From positions 22,144 through 86,143 of IMG/VR virus record IMGVR_UViG_2847593706_000001: a stretch of 64,000 bases of DNA. One strand, given 5' to 3'. Made by a program: the position numbers and the translations under genes. The notes beneath the pieces were generated by a model that was not told the DNA's origin, did not search any database, and was given only the letters and a program-made list of their open reading frames with translations. This DNA is from a virus (lineage: Duplodnaviria > Caudoviricetes). Below, in pieces: positions 47,126 through 56,084 of the stretch (position 1 is its first letter; every line of letters begins with the position of its first letter).

Positions 47126-47527
47126 ATGAAGAATGACATATACGAGCACTTAAAATTCAGGCTAGATGATGAGCATAATGACTTCGAGTTTGAGATTATA
47201 TCTATCCCCCCTTATGAGTTTATTGAAAATAATCTCTCCTTAGTACCTTACGAATACTTTGGAGAGATAAATGAAGTTCTTGGCTTAAAAGTTAAGCAGA
47301 TACTCTTATATTTTAATGCTGACAGGCTTATGAGGGTTGAGTTGAAATACAAAGAGAATAGGGTAGAGAATCTTAAAAATAGACTAACAGAATTATTAGT
47401 ATATTTTCCTAACTCAGTAACTCTGAAACTTTCCTATCATGATGAAGAGGATGTAACTATCTTAATGTATCAGAAAAGAGTACTAAACAAGTTTTATGAT
47501 TTTGGGGTTACAAAAAATGTGAAATAA
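47126..47527 (+). CDS. Hypothetical protein (133 aa)
   Basis: ORF track. Confidence 0.65.
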   Translation: MKNDIYEHLKFRLDDEHNDFEFEIISIPPYEFIENNLSLVPYEYFGEINEVLGLKVKQILLYFNADRLMRVELKYKENRVENLKNRLTELLVYFPNSVTLKLSYHDEEDVTILMYQKRVLNKFYDFGVTKNVK

Positions 47528-47551
47528 GCTTCCTCACATACTCCAAAAAAA

Positions 47552-47998
47552 ATGAATACAGAAATAACAGTATCAGAGATTAAGGTAACATACCATCCTT
47601 GCAAAATGTCTGAAACTAAGCTCACCATGAGTAGTGATGTAGTAAATATTATCAGGACAATCTGGGATAATGGAATAATAGAAATGCAAGAAGAGGTAAA
47701 AATACTCTTCGTAAACTCTTCAAATACTGTCATTGGCTTCTATAGTCTATCCAAAGGAGGTATTACAAGTAGTTTGGTAGATATTAGATTGATTTTATCA
47801 GTAGCCTTGAAATGCTTAGCAACTGGATTAATATTGGTACATAACCACCCAGGTGGCAATCTTAATCCAAGTAATGCAGATTTAGCTATAGTAAAGAAGC
47901 TTAATACAGCTTGTAAGCTACTTGACATAGCTCTTCTTGACAGTATCATCATTACAAAAGAACATTATGTGAGTTTTAATGATGAAGGATTAATATAA
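47552..47998 (+). CDS. JAB/MPN (RadC-like) protein
   Basis: QEE...LVHNHPGG...PSNAD...LLDSII. Confidence 0.92.
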   Translation: MNTEITVSEIKVTYHPCKMSETKLTMSSDVVNIIRTIWDNGIIEMQEEVKILFVNSSNTVIGFYSLSKGGITSSLVDIRLILSVALKCLATGLILVHNHPGGNLNPSNADLAIVKKLNTACKLLDIALLDSIIITKEHYVSFNDEGLI

Positions 47999-48039
47999 TA
48001 GTTGTAGTTCTTGCAGTTTCTGCAAATCGTCTAAAATAG

Positions 48040-48061
48040 ATAGGTGAAACATAGGTGAAAC
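48040..48061. repeat. Tandem 11-bp repeat ATAGGTGAAAC x2; probable right-arm integrase sites of element 1
   Basis: About 120 bp inside att core 2. Confidence 0.55.
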
Positions 48062-48178
48062 ATTTTGTCAGAAGAAAACAAAATATAGTAATGAAATGAA
48101 AAAAAGAATAAGTTTTATTTTATTGAAAATCAACATGATGAAAAAGGATATAATAAAATATAAAATAATTTTTTTCGT

Positions 48179-48220
48179 CTCATAATCAGGTGGTCCCTGG
48201 TTCGAGCCCAGGTGGGACCA
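48179..48220 (+). repeat. att core 2 (tRNA 3' half; element 1 attR / element 2 attL)
   Basis: Identical to 30554-30595. Confidence 0.92.
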
Positions 48221-48223
48221 CAG

Positions 48224-48251
48224 AAAAGCACTCAATTTGAGTGCTTTTTTT
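48224..48251 (+). terminator. Intrinsic terminator (copy B)
   Basis: Same hairpin as 30599. Confidence 0.85.
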
Positions 48252-48394
48252 ATTTCTATACTGTAGTTCAGTCTTTTATACTTACATTTTATCAATAATT
48301 CTAGTTTCTATAGTTCCTTCTGATGGAGAAAAGGCATATAAAAAGGCACATCTTCATCATTAAAAAGGCATACCCTTTAAAATTTATTAATTAA

Positions 48395-49603
48395 ATGAAT
48401 TACAATAAATTACATATACTATTTGTGATAGATAAAACCAATGTGAATACAAAAGGTAAAGCTCCATTGAGGTGTAGGTTAACCTATTCAGGAAAAAGAA
48501 AGGTTTTTTCTACAGGATTATTTATTATTTCTAAACAATGGGATAGTAAACAACAATTAATTAAGCCTCCTAATGAAGAAAATACATTTATTAATACTTC
48601 ACTAAGTCTGGTTAAGAATGGAATTAATCAGGCTTTTTTATTTCTACAGGTTAGTGGAAATGATTTTGATATTAACGATATTTACTTACAATACAAAGGA
48701 GATATTCCTAAGCAAGACAAAACTATACTTCAGCTTTTTCAAGAACATAATATAAGAGTTGAAAAACTAATAGGGAAGGAGTATTCTATAGCAACCTTAT
48801 GGAAGTTTAAACAAGCGAAAGAGTTGTTAAAAGACTTTATAAAATCTCATTTCAACAAAGCTGATTATCATTTTAAAGATTTAGACTTGAAATTTATTCA
48901 AGATTATGAGTTTTATTTAAAAACAGAAAAGTCTTTAGCTATTGCTACTACTAATAAGATGATACAAAGGTTCAGGAAAATTGTCAAGGTTGCTCTCTCA
49001 GAAGATATTTTACACAAGGAACCTTTTACTAACTATAAAGTAAAACATATTAAAAAAGAAATAACTTATTTAACTGAAGAAGAATTAGCTAAGCTTGAGG
49101 AATATCAATTTAAAGCTGAAAAATTGCAGATGGTTAAGGATATGTTTGTATTCTGTTGTTATACAGGTTTGGCTTATAGTGAGATGGTTAATCTTGAAAA
49201 ATCTCATATTATAAAGGGATTTGATGGTAATGAATGGATTAATATGATGAGAGGAAAAACTCAGCATTTGTTAACAATACCTCTGTTTACTAGAAGTAAA
49301 AGAATCATTGATAAATATGACTATGTTGATGAAAAAAGAGTTCTTCCTAAGTTAAGTAACCAAAAGTTTAATGTTTATTTGAAAGAAATAGCTGATATAG
49401 TTGGAATAAATAAAAGGCTTACTCATCATCTAGCAAGAAGAACCTTTGCAACAACTGTATTACTTTTTAATGATGTCCCTATGGAGATTGTATCACAACT
49501 TTTAGGGCATTCAAAAATTACTATAACCCAGCAACATTATGCTAAGGTAGTACAGAAAAAGGTTAGTGAGCAGATGAATAGATTGAATTCTAAGTTGAAA
49601 TAA
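48395..49603 (+). CDS. int: Tyrosine integrase, identical to 30770-31978
   Basis: Identical translation. Confidence 0.95.
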   Translation: MNYNKLHILFVIDKTNVNTKGKAPLRCRLTYSGKRKVFSTGLFIISKQWDSKQQLIKPPNEENTFINTSLSLVKNGINQAFLFLQVSGNDFDINDIYLQYKGDIPKQDKTILQLFQEHNIRVEKLIGKEYSIATLWKFKQAKELLKDFIKSHFNKADYHFKDLDLKFIQDYEFYLKTEKSLAIATTNKMIQRFRKIVKVALSEDILHKEPFTNYKVKHIKKEITYLTEEELAKLEEYQFKAEKLQMVKDMFVFCCYTGLAYSEMVNLEKSHIIKGFDGNEWINMMRGKTQHLLTIPLFTRSKRIIDKYDYVDEKRVLPKLSNQKFNVYLKEIADIVGINKRLTHHLARRTFATTVLLFNDVPMEIVSQLLGHSKITITQQHYAKVVQKKVSEQMNRLNSKLK

Positions 49604-49656
49604 CTTAATATTAGTTACTATGTTCTATTTTTACTAAATATTTAATATTATTTTAT

Positions 49657-52158
49657 ATGGAGTCAACTAATAGCCATTTTGATGGTTTTCCTATAGATTT
49701 TAAAGAAATAAATAAGGAGGATTTTCCAGATTTTTCTGTGAGTGATAAAGTAGTAATAAGTCCAAACGATGATGGGTTTATTGGTCAGGCTATTATCGAT
49801 AATATAGATTTGCAAGAAAAAAATACAGTAGTTATTAATGCTGCAGTAGGTCAGGGTAAAACTACAGCTATAATGGAAGTGGTAAAAGACTATTATGATA
49901 ATACTGATTATTTAATATTCATAGTTTCACCATTTACGAGTTTAGTTGAGCAATACTATAAAAAAACTGCTAGTATAGGAATACCCGAAGAGGATATTTA
50001 TAGATATGAGCTAATTGGTAAGGATATGTCTAGAGATGCGTGGAATAGTAGGGTTCAGATTGCTACAGTGAATTGTTTATTAGGTAATCCAGGAGAGGAA
50101 TCTTTAATAAACAGCGAAGCTAAAAGAAACTATATAAACTACTTAAAGCGAATGTGTGAAGAAAGTGGAAAAAAGGTAGTTTTTATCTATGATGAAATCC
50201 ATGATTCCATTCATAATTTTAAAGAAAGATATATTTTCAACTTATGGAAATGGAAAAATGTCATTCATAAGAATTTTATATTAAGCGCCACTTACAATGA
50301 AGCTTCTAAGGTTGTAATAGAGTATCTGGCTGAGCTTACAGATGATAAAATTCAAATTATAGAATCTGAAAGAAAAGTGTTTATGGATAAGCAATCAGAA
50401 TTATTTTTACATTTTAATACTGCAAGTAGTTATTCAGAAAGTAATGATGGTATACAAGCAATAGTTGAGGATTTAGTTAGAAAAGGAAAGAAAATAGATA
50501 TTCTTTCATATTCTAAAAATCTTGCAGATAAAATATGTAATAATATAGATTCAGGTATTGGTAAGTTATTGTTTGATGCTTTTGGGGAGATTAACAATTG
50601 TACTTCAGATAGTAAATATTCATTTGGAGATATATTCGTAAATAGGTATAATCCTGAGAAATGTAATGTAGGGACAAACTTTAAATCTGGAGTAAGTATT
50701 GAAAAAGAAGATCATGCTTTAATCATAATTCTTCCTCCATTAGGTACAAAAGGAAATTTAAGTAATTATGGAATATTTTCAGATGGAGTAAATTCCATTA
50801 TCCAAGCTTTAGCAAGACAAAGAACTAAAGGAGAAATTCATATTGTTCTCCCTCCACCTGATAAGTTTGATTCGACTACATTAATGATGTCTGAGGAATT
50901 AAAAGAAAGATTTATGGATTCCTATGAAGTACATCAGGATTACAAAGCCTCAAATGATAGATTAGTACAATATTATTCTTTTAATCAACAGGATGAACTG
51001 CTTAAAACTTTTTATGATGAAGTAATTCATGAAAATGTTAGAGATGAAGAGCAACATATACAAACCTTATCAAGAGAAAATAAACTTTCACTAACTTTTC
51101 CTAGTTATAAAAACTATAAAATTTTGGAGGGAGAAAAGTATTTTCCAAAATATCATAAATTTTTTGGTGGAGATTTATCTTCATTTATCTTATATTCTGC
51201 ATTAACAAATCAATTCGTTAATTGTAGACTTGCAGATACAAATGCTAAATCTCTCTTGATTTTTGAAGAAGGGAAGATTCAATGGAAATTAGAGCAATTT
51301 TTAAAAGAGTATCTAGATGAAAATTTTTTGTGGCTTCTTCAGACTACTACATCAAAGTATTTTTATAATTATCTTAAGGATGAGATATTTAGTAATTATA
51401 AAGTTTTCTATAAAGATTCTGTTGGAAGAAAAGAGATAATTAAGGATTCTCATAAAAATTTTGAACAACAGCTGATAGCTTTTGTCCAAAGGAAGTTTTA
51501 TCCCCAAAATAAGATTTTTAATTTTCAGTTTTACTCTACTAGTGGGTTTGTTATAGATGCTTCTTATCCTAGAGGGGAATATTTAATGTCATGTATATCA
51601 CATGCTTTAAAAATGAATGAAACTCCAGATGATATTTTAGACAGTGATAAATTAGTGGTACAAGCTTATTTGGACTTAAATTATTTTAGAGAAAAAATGT
51701 TGAACTCAATAATCACAACTAGAAGAGGTCAAAGGTGCTTTCCTAATGATGTACCAGAGAATTTTATTTTACCTGATGAAATGGACAGGTATAGTAGAAT
51801 GATTGAAGTCTTAATTACTTATGACCCTGTTATTAGTAAAAACCTGTTTGATTTTAAGAATCTATTTACAAGAAGTAATTATTCACAAGCTGAAAGAATT
51901 AAAGGTTTTTATAATTATATGAAAGTTGATTTTTTTAAAGGAAAGGCTAAAAAATTTAAAAGCTCAACAATGAATGGGTATTATTTTATAATAGAGGAGG
52001 ATGTGGTTCTTCCAGATTCTAATTTAGTAATGAACTTTCTTAGTGTAGAAGATTTTAGTATTCCTGAAGAAGCAATGCCAACCTTAATAATAGATGCTGA
52101 TGGAAACCCTTTTATTCAATATCTAAATGGAGATAGAGAGGCATTTAGCATTTCTTAA
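49657..52158 (+). CDS. SF2 helicase-like protein, identical to 32032-34533
   Basis: Identical translation. Confidence 0.8.
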   Translation: MESTNSHFDGFPIDFKEINKEDFPDFSVSDKVVISPNDDGFIGQAIIDNIDLQEKNTVVINAAVGQGKTTAIMEVVKDYYDNTDYLIFIVSPFTSLVEQYYKKTASIGIPEEDIYRYELIGKDMSRDAWNSRVQIATVNCLLGNPGEESLINSEAKRNYINYLKRMCEESGKKVVFIYDEIHDSIHNFKERYIFNLWKWKNVIHKNFILSATYNEASKVVIEYLAELTDDKIQIIESERKVFMDKQSELFLHFNTASSYSESNDGIQAIVEDLVRKGKKIDILSYSKNLADKICNNIDSGIGKLLFDAFGEINNCTSDSKYSFGDIFVNRYNPEKCNVGTNFKSGVSIEKEDHALIIILPPLGTKGNLSNYGIFSDGVNSIIQALARQRTKGEIHIVLPPPDKFDSTTLMMSEELKERFMDSYEVHQDYKASNDRLVQYYSFNQQDELLKTFYDEVIHENVRDEEQHIQTLSRENKLSLTFPSYKNYKILEGEKYFPKYHKFFGGDLSSFILYSALTNQFVNCRLADTNAKSLLIFEEGKIQWKLEQFLKEYLDENFLWLLQTTTSKYFYNYLKDEIFSNYKVFYKDSVGRKEIIKDSHKNFEQQLIAFVQRKFYPQNKIFNFQFYSTSGFVIDASYPRGEYLMSCISHALKMNETPDDILDSDKLVVQAYLDLNYFREKMLNSIITTRRGQRCFPNDVPENFILPDEMDRYSRMIEVLITYDPVISKNLFDFKNLFTRSNYSQAERIKGFYNYMKVDFFKGKAKKFKSSTMNGYYFIIEEDVVLPDSNLVMNFLSVEDFSIPEEAMPTLIIDADGNPFIQYLNGDREAFSIS

Positions 52159-52211
52159 ACTTCTATTTCCGTATATATCCCTATAGAGTACAAAAACGAA
52201 ATTGGAAGTTT
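52157..52211. promoter_or_regulatory. Origin-like IR-CTATA-IR site (copy of 34532)
   Basis: Within the 4.4-kb repeat. Confidence 0.55.
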
Positions 52212-52271
52212 CTAAAAATCCCTACAGAAATTGTAGGGATTTTTCATTATTTAACCTTAAATCAATTTATT

Positions 52272-53270
52272 ATGCAATTAAAACAATCACAAAGACAACA
52301 GGTAAAGCTCAGATTAGGATTATCCGGAGCAAGTGGATTTGGAAAAACCAAATCAGCCTTATTATTAGCCTATGGAATGACACAAGACTGGAGCAAAATA
52401 GCTGTTATAGATACAGAAAATTCCTCTGCTTCCTTATATTCAGACCTGGGAAATTATAATGTTTTGGACTTACAAGCACCTTATAGCCCTGAAAGATATA
52501 TCCAGGCTATTGAATTATGCGAGAAATCAGGCATTGAAGTTATTATCATAGATTCTGCAAGTCATGAATGGAATGGTACAGGAGGATGTTTAGAAATACA
52601 TGAGAAATTAGGAGGTAGATTTCAAGATTGGGCAAACGTGAGTCCTCGCCACCAAGCTTTTATTAATAAGATATTACAATCAAGCTGTCATATTATTACA
52701 ACAACTAGAAGGAAAATAGATTATTCCCTTGATATAGGTAGCAACGGTAAAACCCAAGTTGTGAAACATGGAACTAAAGAAATCACCAGAGATGGTTTTG
52801 AGTATGAGCTAACTATAAACTTCGAGCTTATTAATGAAAATCATCTTGCTAAGGCTTCTAAAGACAGGACAGGATTATTTATGAATAAACCTGAGTTTGT
52901 TATTACATCTGATATAGGGAAAATGATTTTAAAATGGTGTAATTCAGGCTCAAAAAACAATTCTTCTGAAAACTATACTCAAAGTTCAGGTGGAAGAAAG
53001 AATATGTCTAAAATAGACCCTAAAGAAGCATTTGATGGCTCTTCTCCTTATGAGAGTAATCCAAGTTTAAATCTTTCTCATGTAATAGAACAGGAAGTAT
53101 ATGAGGCTATTCAGAACTGTAAATCTGTTACTGAATTATTAGCCCTATACAGATATTTTCCGCAGTATCAGGAAAGCTTAAAACCAGATTTTGAAGCTAA
53201 GAAATCACTACTTATCAATTTAAATAACCCCAATAATTTCAGTAAAAATGGACACTCAAAATTTCAATAA
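52272..53270 (+). CDS. AAA_24/Sak4-like ATPase (332 aa)
   Basis: Homologue of 34647-35564; DNA diverges after about codon 95. Confidence 0.85.
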   Translation: MQLKQSQRQQVKLRLGLSGASGFGKTKSALLLAYGMTQDWSKIAVIDTENSSASLYSDLGNYNVLDLQAPYSPERYIQAIELCEKSGIEVIIIDSASHEWNGTGGCLEIHEKLGGRFQDWANVSPRHQAFINKILQSSCHIITTTRRKIDYSLDIGSNGKTQVVKHGTKEITRDGFEYELTINFELINENHLAKASKDRTGLFMNKPEFVITSDIGKMILKWCNSGSKNNSSENYTQSSGGRKNMSKIDPKEAFDGSSPYESNPSLNLSHVIEQEVYEAIQNCKSVTELLALYRYFPQYQESLKPDFEAKKSLLINLNNPNNFSKNGHSKFQ

Positions 53271-54471
53271 AACTCCCAACATTATAAAGGTAGGCTCTAA
53301 ATCAACAGAAGCTTCTATAGGTCTACAACTAAGAAGTGTAAATAATACTATTTCAATAGAAAAGAAACCTCTTAGAGGTATTTTCCTACATAATAATGAG
53401 AGCTTTAAAGATACAGAAGTATTCTATCCCAGCAGAATAAATGAAGTACCTAAGCCTGAACTTACAAATGAGGTTCAGGCTTTTTTAATGCCTGATTCTA
53501 AAGTACAGACTATATCTCATAGTCCTTTGGTACTATATAAAAATGGTAATAATCAGTCTAGTCCTTTCATCATAGCTAATACATCAGAAGCTACATTACA
53601 CCACTTGCAGAATGATTGTATTATACCTGTATTCAGTAAGGACAATGAGAAAACTATTGCACATCAAGAGTTTATTGAGGTTATTCTAAATGCAGTTCAG
53701 AAAGTATTTCCACATCAAAGTATTACAGAACCTGAAATTAGGGTTTCCCATCAGATTAAGGGTAGAACTCCTTCAGCTATTCATAAACCTGTAAAAGAGC
53801 TATTTGAACATGAGAAAACTATCTATTATGAAAGAATGGCATTTATTATTAAAGTGCCTAGTATAACTGGTATTGTGAATGGTAATGAACTATCTCTTTG
53901 TATAGGTGGAATACGTAGTTATAATCTTGAGAACCTTTACAATAAGAAGTCTTTGGAAAAGTTCAAGTTCTTCATAGGTTTTCAGAACCAAATTTGCATG
54001 AACATGTGTATCAGCACAGATGGATTTTTAGAGGACATGAGAGTAGGAAGTTCACAAGATTTGTACACAAAAGCATTAGAAACTATGCAGAGTTATAATG
54101 CAGAACTTCATCTTATGGAAATGAAAGAGTTTACGCAGGATTTTCTTTCTGAACATCAGTTTGCTCAACTTATTGGGAGAAGTAGATTATATCAGCATTT
54201 ACCTAAGTCTGAGAAACAGAATATTCCTTTACTGAATTTTAATGACAGTCATATTAATACTGTGGCTAAAGATTATTATGAGGATAAAAATTTCTGTAGG
54301 CAAGAGGATGGCAAAGTAAACTTATGGGATGTCTATAATCTCTTTACACAGGCTAATAAGTCTTCATATATAGATACTTTCCTAGACAGGAATTTGAATG
54401 CTTTTGAGTTTTCAAAAGGTGTTCAGAAAGCACTCAATGGTAGTTCTGATTATCATTGGTTTTTGAGCTAG
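53248..54471 (+). CDS. DUF3871 family protein (407 aa)
   Basis: Homologue of 35548-36675. Confidence 0.8.
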   Translation: MDTQNFNKTPNIIKVGSKSTEASIGLQLRSVNNTISIEKKPLRGIFLHNNESFKDTEVFYPSRINEVPKPELTNEVQAFLMPDSKVQTISHSPLVLYKNGNNQSSPFIIANTSEATLHHLQNDCIIPVFSKDNEKTIAHQEFIEVILNAVQKVFPHQSITEPEIRVSHQIKGRTPSAIHKPVKELFEHEKTIYYERMAFIIKVPSITGIVNGNELSLCIGGIRSYNLENLYNKKSLEKFKFFIGFQNQICMNMCISTDGFLEDMRVGSSQDLYTKALETMQSYNAELHLMEMKEFTQDFLSEHQFAQLIGRSRLYQHLPKSEKQNIPLLNFNDSHINTVAKDYYEDKNFCRQEDGKVNLWDVYNLFTQANKSSYIDTFLDRNLNAFEFSKGVQKALNGSSDYHWFLS

Positions 54472-54475
54472 TTAT

Positions 54476-54503
54476 AATAGCCCTAATTTAATAGGGCTAT
54501 TTT
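54476..54503. terminator. Bidirectional terminator between backbone and cargo
   Basis: AATAGCCCTA-ATTTAA-TAGGGCTATT. Confidence 0.75.
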
Positions 54504-55996
54504 TAGTTATATTTCTTTAGATCATACACACTTAACAACTTTCTATAATTTGTATCAGTTGTAGACGTATTTTCTCTTAAATATTGTTCAACTTCTTCAA
54601 GGGGAAGGTTTCCCTCGTGAGTATTCCAGATCATACAATTTGTTTTATATGAAGAAGATACACTTTCATCTTCCATTATGTTATCAATTGTAGAATGTAC
54701 TTTTTTGCAGGCAGGAAGTATATTTCTAATACATTCAGCAATGTTTAACTCTTGCTGTCTTATAAGCCTGTCAGCACTTTCAATATCAGTATTAATTCTA
54801 TTAAACCCAAATATTGGAAAATACTGGGCTGGCTGTATTTTATACTTGTCAATTAACATTAATATTTGGGAGTTTGACTCATCTATTATATTGAAATAAT
54901 TGGCTAATAATTCTGGTGCTGACTGAAACTGATATTGAATTGTCTTTGAAGAGCCTATTGCCAAGATTTTGTCACTATTTCTTAGTGAATCTAAATCTTC
55001 AGTTATAGTAACTTTTATATCTCCTCCAGCATAGATTTCTTTAACAATATTCTGTACCTTTCTTACATCTAATGCTGTTATTGGTAATTGTAAGTTAGAA
55101 ATAGAATTGTATATGGCAGAGAAATTACTAGTTTTTATCTTATTAATTCTAATGGTTAATCCTCCTTCTAAGACAATATCATGTTCGCTTATAATTTCAT
55201 TATTATTCACTCTGTCATATTCAACTAATAGAAAGTTATTTTTGATCTTAGTAGCTAATTCAGAGTTGGGTTCAACATAGGAAAATATCGTCTTTAATAT
55301 CTTTTTAATATTGTCATCACCTACACTATATCCCATAAATATTATAGGGTTATGTATAAATAATGATAGCAGTTGTGCTCGTATTAATTCATACTTGCTG
55401 TCAAATCCAATATAATCTTTATCTGTGATAATTATTTTGGATGGATCTTCATGACATCCATGAATTTTATAAACAGAACCATATGGAGTACTTAATAAAA
55501 TGTTATTTCCAATTAGTTTATTAAATTCAAATATTGTTTCAATTAAGCCATCATAATTAGTTGTTATAACTGAACCAATATTCTTCCTTATCTTTTTGAA
55601 GTCTTTCAATTCTTCCTCTAACTCACTTCTGTATTTTAATGTGGAAAAGGTCTTACTTATATATATTTTAAAGCGACTAAGATGTATGCCTTTTTGCATA
55701 TTATTGTAAAAAGTATCATTTATTTCCTTGAATTTACCATTTCTATCTTCTTGGAGATGGCTATTAAAATCATGTTCTAATAACTCTGCTATTTTTAAAT
55801 AATCAAATTTATTATCAATATAACATTTTGATTTGATATCAAGATAATATTCTTGATTACCAGATAGTTCAAAAGCAATTTTACCTAATAACCCATCCCA
55901 TGTATAAGAATTTTCTAAATATCTTAAGCTTATTCCTGTACCAATAAATAAAACTGGATGATTTTTATAATCTGCTATAAATTCTTGAATTGTCAT
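54503..55996 (-). CDS. SIR2-like (SIR2_2) putative NADase defence protein (497 aa)
   Basis: LFIGTGIS, TWDGLL, ITTNYD, YKIHG, FMGYSVGD. Confidence 0.9.
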   Translation of the reverse strand: MTIQEFIADYKNHPVLFIGTGISLRYLENSYTWDGLLGKIAFELSGNQEYYLDIKSKCYIDNKFDYLKIAELLEHDFNSHLQEDRNGKFKEINDTFYNNMQKGIHLSRFKIYISKTFSTLKYRSELEEELKDFKKIRKNIGSVITTNYDGLIETIFEFNKLIGNNILLSTPYGSVYKIHGCHEDPSKIIITDKDYIGFDSKYELIRAQLLSLFIHNPIIFMGYSVGDDNIKKILKTIFSYVEPNSELATKIKNNFLLVEYDRVNNNEIISEHDIVLEGGLTIRINKIKTSNFSAIYNSISNLQLPITALDVRKVQNIVKEIYAGGDIKVTITEDLDSLRNSDKILAIGSSKTIQYQFQSAPELLANYFNIIDESNSQILMLIDKYKIQPAQYFPIFGFNRINTDIESADRLIRQQELNIAECIRNILPACKKVHSTIDNIMEDESVSSSYKTNCMIWNTHEGNLPLEEVEQYLRENTSTTDTNYRKLLSVYDLKKYN

Positions 55997-56084
55997 TGGT
56001 TTTTATATATGTTTAGTTATAGTTTTAAAAATAATATTATTTACTTTAAATTAATGAAAATAGTATTGCTAATATGTCTGTTTA

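Larger units (their letters stand above)
30554..48220. mobile_element. Integrative element 1 (17,625-bp period) carrying a restriction cluster
   Basis: Bounded by direct tRNA-3' repeats; integrase next to the left att. Confidence 0.92.

Noticed and set aside
45408-47527. Integron-like cassette array
   Set aside because: Intergenic gaps are mostly a few bases with no repeated attC-like palindromes
48068-48295. 75-aa minus-strand ORF
   Set aside because: Reads through the reverse complement of the tRNA fragment and terminator; typical spurious ORF
54503-55996. Thoeris, SIR2-HerA or DSR assignment for the SIR2 gene
   Set aside because: No TIR or HerA neighbour, and much shorter than DSR proteins
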